Both the position numbers and the translations under genes were made by a program. From Parcubacteria group bacterium GW2011_GWA1_56_13 (lineage in GTDB: Bacteria > Patescibacteriota > Minisyncoccia > Phycocordibacterales > Phycocordibacteraceae): DNA of 64,000 bases. Where the stretch lies: contig LCRY01000002.1 in NCBI GenBank assembly GCA_001004905.1, positions 199,251 to 263,250 on the forward strand. Reading direction: 5' to 3'. Below the pieces are notes generated by a model. The model saw nothing but the letters and a program-made list of their open reading frames with translations. It was not told the DNA's origin and did not search any database. Below, one piece after another: positions 56,805 to 64,000 of the stretch (position 1 is the stretch's first letter; each line of letters starts with the position of its first letter).

Positions 56805-56978
56805 GTCCGATTTCCCCACCGACGGGAAGGGAAGAGGTTGCGGCGGTGGTATGCTGTCCCTATGCATGTGAAGCACCCGAGATATTCCGCCCGGCGTCTT
56901 CAGGTCTATGCGTTCTGGACCGGATTTTTAAGCACGCTCATCAGCTTGTCGCATGTCGTGAAAGATATATTGTGCGAC

Positions 56979-57158
56979 TCACTTACCTACGAACTGCTGT
57001 ACGTAGGTAATGAACAAATGCCAAAGCTGTGAAAGGAGATAGAGCAGATAACCGAAGTTCGCCTGGCCGGCGGGAGAATTAATTATCGCTTCAAGGGAGA
57101 TGCCGAAGAAGGATAGGCCGAGGACTAGCACAAATATCCATAAGATGAGATTGAGCAT
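56979..57158 (-). CDS. 59-aa small membrane protein
   Basis: TATAAT 6 nt before ATG; MLNLILWIFVLVLGLSFFGISL..I..SP.GQ.NF.Y. Confidence 0.65.
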   Translation of the reverse strand: MLNLILWIFVLVLGLSFFGISLEAIINSPAGQANFGYLLYLLSQLWHLFITYVQQFVGK

Positions 57159-57208
57159 GGCCGCATTATACAACAACATGAAGAAAGGGCGGGTGTTAAA
57201 ATCTCGGC

Positions 57209-57838
57209 ATGACGAGCCGCGCCATCGCATTGAAGCATTTTAAAAAAACAGATCCCCATTTCCACGACGCCACGCGGGCATACCACTCTTCCCTGCCCGT
57301 GCGGCTTGTCGGGAAACGAACACGCAACGCGCTTTTTGAACGGCTCGTGCGCACCGTTATTTCTCAGCAGCTCGGCGTTGCCGCCGCGCGGAGCATTTTT
57401 GCGCGAGTGAAAAAGGTCTGCAATGGTACCGTAACGCCCGACATCATCATGAAAAAGCGACTTGCGGCGTTCCGCAACGCCGGACTTTCGGCAGCAAAGA
57501 TCAAAACGCTGAAAACCATCGCGCGAGCGGTGAAACAAGGCGAGCTCGATCTTGTTTCATTGGGAAAAAGTTCCGAGGCCGATGCCACCGAAAAATTGCT
57601 GGGCATCTGGGGCCTTGGTCCGTGGTCGGCCGAAATGTTCCTCTTGTTCGCGCTCGGCCGAGGCGATGTGTTTTCTCCCGGCGATCTCGGCCTCGTCCGC
57701 GCGATAGAGGCGCTCTACGGCCTGCCGAAAGGCGCGTCCCGCGAGAAACTCCTCGCCATAGCGCAAAAATGGTCCCCGCATCGCACCTACGCTTCCCTAC
57801 TCCTTTGGCTCACGAGGGATGCAAAAGACCCAATTTAG
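57209..57838 (+). CDS. DNA-3-methyladenine glycosylase (AlkA/HhH-GPD)
   Basis: ISQQL, GLS..K, I.GLGPWSAEM, D.F..GDLG, W.P.R. Confidence 0.92.
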   Translation: MTSRAIALKHFKKTDPHFHDATRAYHSSLPVRLVGKRTRNALFERLVRTVISQQLGVAAARSIFARVKKVCNGTVTPDIIMKKRLAAFRNAGLSAAKIKTLKTIARAVKQGELDLVSLGKSSEADATEKLLGIWGLGPWSAEMFLLFALGRGDVFSPGDLGLVRAIEALYGLPKGASREKLLAIAQKWSPHRTYASLLLWLTRDAKDPI

Positions 57839-59179
57839 TTATAGATATGAAAGCGGATTTAGGTATGCGTCGAGAGTTGCGACCGGCATGACGGCGGAAG
57901 CGCAGCCAGTTTTCACGCCGTCGCGGAAATCACCGAGGCGCATTATCTTGGTCCCCTCGGTAGCGTAGACGCCGAAGTGGAGATGCGATCCGGTCGCGTA
58001 GCCGGTTCGGCCAGAAAGGCCTATCGCCTGTCTGGTCGAAACCTTCTGCCCTTTTGTTACATCGATGGCCGAGAGATGCGAGTAGAGCGTGCTTAAGCCA
58101 TTGTAGTGCTCCACCATTATCCATTTGCCGAACGAGTAGCAGTTCGACACAAGGTCGGTATTGCCGGTCGCGAGCACCGTGCCGGAGAGCGCGGCGAGAA
58201 TTGGAGTGCCGTCCGGCGCACCGACGTCAATAGCGTTGTGGCCTTTGCCGTTGTATACCTGCGGGTTGGCGGTTGAAAAAGGCGTCGTGCCGAAATACTG
58301 GGTGATGCAAAAAATGTTGCCGAACACTCCTTTGCGCTGCGCGCAATTGTTCATGAAAGAACGCGGGAAAGGCCACGAAAGAACGCCCGAGCCGACCTTC
58401 GGCAGGCGTCCGGGATGCACGATGAGATCCAGCTGGCTGCTCAAGTTCGCGAGCTCCTGCTCGAGCGCCTGCTCGGCCGCCTGCTTTTGCACGATAAGTT
58501 TCTGGTAATTCGCTTCCTGATTTTTCGTATCTGCGAGCAATTTCTGCTGCGCGGCTTTGTTCGCGTCAACGGAGCGTTTCTGAACCGTAAGCTCGCTCTG
58601 CAAAGCGAGAAGTTCCTCCTTTTGCGCGGTCACTGCGTCGCGATTGTCGGAAAGCTGCTTGCGCGCGCTCCGAAGGTCCGCGACATCGTCACCGAGCGCG
58701 CGATTGAGCTGGATGGCGTTGTCAGCGGCCCGCCACGCGTCACCGAGGGAATCGGAAGAGATCAGATGGGCCACCAGCGGAGTTTGTTCATCCTGCGCGA
58801 TGCCCCGGAGCGCTTTGGCGATGGCCGCCTGATCGGCCGTGATGGTCTTCTCCTTGTCCCCGATGGACAGCGTGAGCCGTCGGATTTCCAAATTAGCCGA
58901 GGAGATCTTGTTTTGGGTCGCTTGTATCTGTGTGGCGAGTTGTTTCTGGGAGATGGTGAGCGAACCTATGGCGGATTGGAGGGTATTTTTCTTCGTTCCG
59001 AGCGTATCCAGATCTTTTTGAAACGCGGCTATTTCGGCTTTGAGAGTGTCGAGTCGCTGATTATTCGCGGTGATCTGGGCCTGGAGGTCGGAAACGGTGT
59101 CAGCGAGTGCCGATTGCGGAAACGAAAAAGCAAAACCGCTCACACATACGAAAAGAAGCAGGAACCAAAAACGCGTCAT
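57839..59179 (-). CDS. coiled-coil M23 peptidoglycan endopeptidase (EnvC-like architecture)
   Basis: Signal peptide, long coiled coil, HNAID, Y.HLS, HLH. Confidence 0.9.
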   Translation of the reverse strand: MTRFWFLLLFVCVSGFAFSFPQSALADTVSDLQAQITANNQRLDTLKAEIAAFQKDLDTLGTKKNTLQSAIGSLTISQKQLATQIQATQNKISSANLEIRRLTLSIGDKEKTITADQAAIAKALRGIAQDEQTPLVAHLISSDSLGDAWRAADNAIQLNRALGDDVADLRSARKQLSDNRDAVTAQKEELLALQSELTVQKRSVDANKAAQQKLLADTKNQEANYQKLIVQKQAAEQALEQELANLSSQLDLIVHPGRLPKVGSGVLSWPFPRSFMNNCAQRKGVFGNIFCITQYFGTTPFSTANPQVYNGKGHNAIDVGAPDGTPILAALSGTVLATGNTDLVSNCYSFGKWIMVEHYNGLSTLYSHLSAIDVTKGQKVSTRQAIGLSGRTGYATGSHLHFGVYATEGTKIMRLGDFRDGVKTGCASAVMPVATLDAYLNPLSYL

Positions 59180-59231
59180 TATCCCCCAAGTATAGCCAGC
59201 ACTACAATATAAGCAATTTGCTCGCCGGAAT

Positions 59232-60575
59232 TTATCGCTCGGGACTAGTGCTGGCCACAGCAATTGCCCGTTGTATGCGGGAAACCGATTCCCCAGGACC
59301 CAGAATGGAGATGAGTGTGAAAGGGTCCGGTGAGCGTTCCGCGCCGGAAAGCGCGTACCGCAGAGGCCAGAGTACCGCCCCTCTGCCGCCCTTCCCCTTC
59401 GCCTCCTCCGCGTTGGCAAGGGGCATAATCGCCTCTTTTAGCGCTTCTGCCGAAACACCCTCGGAAAGGGCTTTTATGGCCCCTAAAAGGCCCTGTAAGG
59501 CCGTTATTGCCGTGCCAGGACGTCCGGGCGGCTCCTTGGCGAGGAGCTGGTTTTTATCGAGTTTTGGCTCGTGAAAAAGGAAAGACAGTTCGCCGGAGAG
59601 CATTTCGCGTGCCTCTCCAAAGGTCCGTGCGCGCTCTTTGAGAAGAGGAACGATTTTTCGCAGTTTTTCGGTATCGGGAGCCGCGAGATTCCCGCGCGAA
59701 ATGAAATCATCCGCCGGGAGCTGGCGCATCCAATGCTGATTTACCGACAAGAGCTTCACGTCGTCGAAGATGGCACTTCCCTTTTGCACGCGAGCAAGGT
59801 CGAAGGCCTCTATGAGTTCGTCGTGCGAAAGGTACTCGCGCTCGTCTCCCGGATTCCAGCCCAGGTAGGCGAGATAGTTGAGCATCGCTTCGGGAAGGAT
59901 ACCCCGGTCGCGGTATTCGGTCAGCGCCTTCGCGCCGGTGCGTTTACCGAGTTTCTTGTGCTGGCTATCGAGGATGAGCGGCAGATGCGCATAGAGCGGC
60001 GCCGGGAAACCAAGCGCGCGCTGAATGAGCATCTGCCGCGCCGTGTTCGATATGTGGTCGCCGCCGCGGATGACGTGCGTAACACGCTCGTCCGCATCAT
60101 CCACTACCACCGCGAAATGGAACACGGGCTCGTCGAGCGAGCGGGCGATGATAAAATCGCCCAGATCGGTCACGTCCGTCGTGATCTCGCCGCGGATGAC
60201 ATCGCTGAACGTGACGGAACCGCCCAGATTCTTAAAACGAATGACCTCTTCCCTGTCCCCCGGCGCCTGCGGTTTCTCTCTCGAGACGTATGCGGTGCCA
60301 TCCGCGATGAGCTTCTCGAGCAGTTGGCGATGCCGCGCGCGATGGTCGCTCTGTCGATAGGTTGCATCCGCCGGCAAGTTAAGCCAAGCAAGCGCCTCAA
60401 GGATATTCGCCTCATATTCCGGCTTGGAACGCGCTGCATCTGTGTCTTCGATGCGGACGATGAAAGAGCCGCGGTGGTGTTTTGCGAAGAGATATGCGAA
60501 TACGGCGGTTCGGTAATTGCCGGCGTGGAGATATCCGGTCGGCGAGGGGGCGAAGCGAGTGACGACGGGGTTCAT
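59232..60575 (-). CDS. gltX: glutamate--tRNA ligase
   Basis: RFAPSPTGYLH.G, RIEDTD, VVDD, HVIRG.DH, KLGKR. Confidence 0.95.
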   Translation of the reverse strand: MNPVVTRFAPSPTGYLHAGNYRTAVFAYLFAKHHRGSFIVRIEDTDAARSKPEYEANILEALAWLNLPADATYRQSDHRARHRQLLEKLIADGTAYVSREKPQAPGDREEVIRFKNLGGSVTFSDVIRGEITTDVTDLGDFIIARSLDEPVFHFAVVVDDADERVTHVIRGGDHISNTARQMLIQRALGFPAPLYAHLPLILDSQHKKLGKRTGAKALTEYRDRGILPEAMLNYLAYLGWNPGDEREYLSHDELIEAFDLARVQKGSAIFDDVKLLSVNQHWMRQLPADDFISRGNLAAPDTEKLRKIVPLLKERARTFGEAREMLSGELSFLFHEPKLDKNQLLAKEPPGRPGTAITALQGLLGAIKALSEGVSAEALKEAIMPLANAEEAKGKGGRGAVLWPLRYALSGAERSPDPFTLISILGPGESVSRIQRAIAVASTSPER

Positions 60576-61711
60576 GATTCGTGCGTGAGCGAGATGGATA
60601 TCATTTCGGCCGCCAGGATGCGCGCGGCATTCGGGTCGGTGAAACCAGCGGCGCTCGCGGACATCCGTTTTCCCAGTTCCAGATCGCCCGAGATGCGCTT
60701 TATCTCGGAAACGAGGAGATGCGGCGTGAGATTCCCTTCCTCAAGCACGATGGCGGCTCCGGTGCGGGCATACGCATACGCGTTGGTACGCTGGTCGTGA
60801 CTCACCGATTCGGGGATGGGAACGAGGATAGCCGGTTTCTTCCAAAGGCCTATCTCGGCAATCGAATTTGCGCCCGCGCGCGAAACGATGATGTTCGCAG
60901 CGCCTGCGGAGCGTTGGAGCGATATCTCGTCCAGATACTTGAACGGATGGTAGCGCTCTTTCTGCGGATGTGTGGTGAGCACGACGTGCGCCACGTCTTC
61001 TACGTTCTTGAAATTCGCCGGTCCCGTCTGATGGATAATGTTGGCGAAGGAAACGAGGTCCGGAAGCGCGGAAAGGACGATCTCATTTATGTTCTTTGCT
61101 CCTTGCGAGCCGCCCAGGATGAGCACGGTCGGTATGCCCTGTTCGAGGCCGAGATACTGCCGCGCACCTTCTTCCTCCGTCCGCATCAGGGCCTTGCGGA
61201 TGGGGATGCCGGTACGAGCGATCCTGTTTTGCACCCGTTTGGGGAAATATGCCGCCGCGCTCTCGAAGGAAATGGCTATCCGTTCGGCGAATTTTGCGGC
61301 AAGAAGGTTTGCTCTCCCGGGCTTCGCGTCCGATTCGTGAACGATGACCGGTATGCCGAGGAGGCGCGCGGCCAGCACCGTCGGCACGCTCGCATAGCCG
61401 CCCTTGCTCATGACGACATCCGGATATATGCGGAACAGTACGAAGATCGCCGAAAATATTCCGACGATGGTTATGAAAAAATCGGTGACATTCGCGAAGG
61501 AGGCGTACCGGCGCATCTTCCCCGCCGGTACGGAGATATAGGTGATACCGTTCTCAAAGAGCGCTTTCTCATCGAACGGCGTCGGCGCCACATAATACAT
61601 TCTTGGTTCGACGAGGTGCTTCTCGCGGACGAGGTCGCGCAGCGCTTCGCTTACCGCGATGATCGGATAGAAATGCCCCCCGCTTACCCCGCCGGTAAAC
61701 ACGATTACCAT
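60572..61711 (-). CDS. murG: lipid I N-acetylglucosaminyltransferase
   Basis: GG.SGGH.YP, GGYASVP, HESD..PG.AN, GGSQGA, DQ..NA. Confidence 0.95.
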   Translation of the reverse strand: MVIVFTGGVSGGHFYPIIAVSEALRDLVREKHLVEPRMYYVAPTPFDEKALFENGITYISVPAGKMRRYASFANVTDFFITIVGIFSAIFVLFRIYPDVVMSKGGYASVPTVLAARLLGIPVIVHESDAKPGRANLLAAKFAERIAISFESAAAYFPKRVQNRIARTGIPIRKALMRTEEEGARQYLGLEQGIPTVLILGGSQGAKNINEIVLSALPDLVSFANIIHQTGPANFKNVEDVAHVVLTTHPQKERYHPFKYLDEISLQRSAGAANIIVSRAGANSIAEIGLWKKPAILVPIPESVSHDQRTNAYAYARTGAAIVLEEGNLTPHLLVSEIKRISGDLELGKRMSASAAGFTDPNAARILAAEMISISLTHES

Positions 61712-61731
61712 GCGTAAACTATATCAGTTTT

Positions 61732-62829
61732 TCACGCTCTGCGGTGCGCGGCCACGTTCAGGATGAGGCCGCACATGATGAGCGACGCGAGAAGCGCGGT
61801 GCCGCCGTGCGAAATGAACGGCAGGGGCAATCCGGTGAGCGGAACGATGCCGAGCATCGCCCCGATGTTCACGAAGGCCTGCAGAATGATGATGAACGAG
61901 AACCCGAGCGCGACGAGCCCGCCGAACAGATCATGCGAACGACCCGCTATCACGATGCCGCGCGCCGCGAGCGCGAGGAAGACCGCGACGAGGATGGTCG
62001 CGCCGAGAAACCCCGCCTCTTCGGCGAACACTGCGAAAATTGAATCGCCGTCGGGCTCCGGCAAATAGTTAAACTTTTCCACGCTTTGGCCGAATCCCCT
62101 TCCAAAAAGGCCTCCTGAACCGATGGCGATGAGCGACTGCTGGATCTGATATCCGCTCGACAAGGAATTCGCCGACGGGTCGACGTAGGTTTTGATCCTC
62201 TCCAGCACATACGGTCGCGCCGCAATGACGAGACCGAGAGCGACGATAATGCCGACGGTCAGAATGCCAAAATCGCGCCACGGTGCTCCCGCGGCGAAAT
62301 ACATCACCGCGCCCGTCGCAAGAATGAGAAGCATGGTCGACGTGTTCGGCTGCGCGAGCAGAAGAGCGCTCGGCAGGGCCAGCAGAATGCCGAAAGGAAT
62401 GAGCCCTTTCCGTGGGTTCCCGAGCTGACGGGCCCGCGGAGCAAGCCAGCTTGCGAGCAGGAGCACAAAACCGATCTTCAGGAATTCAGCCGGCTGCACG
62501 GTCGTGAAGCCGACATTGATCCATCGGGTGGCGCCGCCCGCGTTGAGCCCGACGCCGGGTACGAATACGAGCGCAGTAAGGAGTATCGTCGCTCCGTAGA
62601 GGTAGGGAGCGGCCCGCCTGAACCATGCAAGCGGAATGGCGCGCGCGGATAGAAGCGCGAGAAACCCGAGACCGAAGCCCAGTCCCGCCTGCAAAAGAAT
62701 GTCTTTCGAGACAGAGCTGCTTTCGCGGGCAAGCAGGCCGAGTGCGGCCGAGGAAAATATCGCGAGACCGGCAAGCACGAGGCCGAGCATGAGCATGAAG
62801 AACATTTTATCGCCGGAAGCGAACCTCAT
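61732..62829 (-). CDS. ftsW: SEDS glycosyltransferase FtsW
   Basis: RWI, QPAEFLK, YQ..QS..AIGSGG..G.G, LPE...D.IF, PLTG.PLPF.S.GG; between mraY and murG. Confidence 0.92.
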   Translation of the reverse strand: MRFASGDKMFFMLMLGLVLAGLAIFSSAALGLLARESSSVSKDILLQAGLGFGLGFLALLSARAIPLAWFRRAAPYLYGATILLTALVFVPGVGLNAGGATRWINVGFTTVQPAEFLKIGFVLLLASWLAPRARQLGNPRKGLIPFGILLALPSALLLAQPNTSTMLLILATGAVMYFAAGAPWRDFGILTVGIIVALGLVIAARPYVLERIKTYVDPSANSLSSGYQIQQSLIAIGSGGLFGRGFGQSVEKFNYLPEPDGDSIFAVFAEEAGFLGATILVAVFLALAARGIVIAGRSHDLFGGLVALGFSFIIILQAFVNIGAMLGIVPLTGLPLPFISHGGTALLASLIMCGLILNVAAHRRA

Positions 62830-62830
62830 A

Positions 62831-63907
62831 CTATTTCACGAGAGCAATGGTCATCCCTATGATGGCGAAAACGATCGAAATGATCCAATACCGCATCGTA
62901 ACCTTGTACGAAGGCCAACCGACCGCCTCGAAATGGTGGTGCAGCGGAGCGATGAGGAACACTTTCTTTCCCCGGACTTTTTTGGAAACGACCTGGATGA
63001 CGTTCGAAAGCACGGTCACGACGAGCGGGAACGCTATGACGGGAAGTGCCGCAACGCCAAAGCCGTTGCCTGGTGTATCGGTCATGAAAGCAATAACGGC
63101 GAGCGTGAGCGTGAGGCCCATGGTTCCCGTTTCGGTCATCCAAAAACGCGCGGGCGGTATATTGAACCAGAGAAATGCAAGTATCGCGCCGGTCAGCGTC
63201 GCACAGAATGCCGCCAGGTTTATCTGATTTTGAAAATAAGCGATGCCTGCGTACGCCATGAAGGCCGAACTGAAGATGCCGCCCGCAAGCCCGTCAATGC
63301 CGTCGATGACGCCGCCCGCATACAGTGAAATGGAAACGAGTATGAAAAGCGGAACAATGAGAGCTCCCAGATACAGCGTTCCGTCTCCGGGGATGCCGAT
63401 TGCGTCCATGCCGAGCTTCGCATAGAACCACCAACCGATGAATCCCGAAATAAGCGTGACGAACAGGAGCCGTGTGCGGAGCCGTATCCCCCGCTCCCCG
63501 GAAGGATGGATATCGAGGAAGTCATTCGCAAGGCCGATAAGCGCGCCGGCGATGAGCGTGAACAGCGGCACCCAGGTCTGGCTGCGGCTCAGGAAATCGA
63601 GTTTTTCCATAAACGGCAGCGGTACGACGCGCGCGAGCACCCATATGGCGACGGTCACGAACACAACGGTCCCCCAGATAAGGATGCCTCCCATGCGCGG
63701 CGTCTGCGTTTCGGTGCCCGCATGGATGGTGGTTCGTATTTTCTCAAATTCGACGGCCGGTTTGCCGTCAAGTGCGATCTTTTGTGTCGTCTTCTTCCAG
63801 ACCCTGTGTTTATAAAGGTAATGCGTCAGGATAGGAGCGAACAAAATACCCATGACGAACGCCGCAGACGCGGGAATGAAGACTTTGATGATACTGCTCG
63901 TTATCAT
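62831..63907 (-). CDS. mraY: phospho-N-acetylmuramoyl-pentapeptide transferase
   Basis: TP.MGG, DGIDGL, FLWFN.PPA, APLHHHFE..GW. Confidence 0.93.
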   Translation of the reverse strand: MITSSIIKVFIPASAAFVMGILFAPILTHYLYKHRVWKKTTQKIALDGKPAVEFEKIRTTIHAGTETQTPRMGGILIWGTVVFVTVAIWVLARVVPLPFMEKLDFLSRSQTWVPLFTLIAGALIGLANDFLDIHPSGERGIRLRTRLLFVTLISGFIGWWFYAKLGMDAIGIPGDGTLYLGALIVPLFILVSISLYAGGVIDGIDGLAGGIFSSAFMAYAGIAYFQNQINLAAFCATLTGAILAFLWFNIPPARFWMTETGTMGLTLTLAVIAFMTDTPGNGFGVAALPVIAFPLVVTVLSNVIQVVSKKVRGKKVFLIAPLHHHFEAVGWPSYKVTMRYWIISIVFAIIGMTIALVK

Positions 63908-64000
63908 ACCCTCCACATAGCGAAGTTTACAGTAAAGGATGTGGCGGGTATCGCCCGAGTAGGGCAAGAATGCGATGCTGTCTTGGTGTGTCGGGTCATA

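Noticed and set aside
56862-57032. Possible 56-aa ORF after TATGCT
   Set aside because: It overlaps the convergent small membrane gene by 54 nt and has no recognisable features; too weak to call.

Overview
A GC-rich, gene-dense bacterial chromosome segment. Gene content and protein architecture suggest Patescibacteria/CPR (Parcubacteria-like; inference from class I LysRS, short ProRS, a split dcw cluster, no biosynthetic metabolism, and a giant HTH-TM-tail-fibre protein). Most of the window is housekeeping: murA, two mreB paralogues, mreC(frameshifted)-mreD-mrdA, mraZ-rsmH-ftsL-ftsI-murF, mraY-ftsW-murG, proS, lysK, cysS, gltX, a def-fmt fusion, frr, greA, rplU, rplI, rpmA, dnaB, recR, rmuC, tRNA-Asn and tRNA-Glu. 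The main unexplained signals are: (1) a 2418-aa HTH + membrane + modular tail-fibre protein whose heterogeneous modules are joined by a 14-bp DNA repeat and which carries two S74 chaperone domains; (2) directly downstream, a REP-associated HUH tyrosine transposase with four 23-bp hairpins, two of them in frame inside its own ORF; (3) an orphan ~100-nt sRNA candidate with its own promoter, terminator and anti-SD loop; (4) pervasive leaderless starts in housekeeping genes, versus full promoters plus SD in orphan genes; (5) a structured element made of tRNA-Asn 3' copies with a hairpin inserted in the anticodon loop; (6) short palindromic elements in frame in genes; and (7) two deletion-type frameshifts. 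All calls come from motif recognition by eye; no searches were run.
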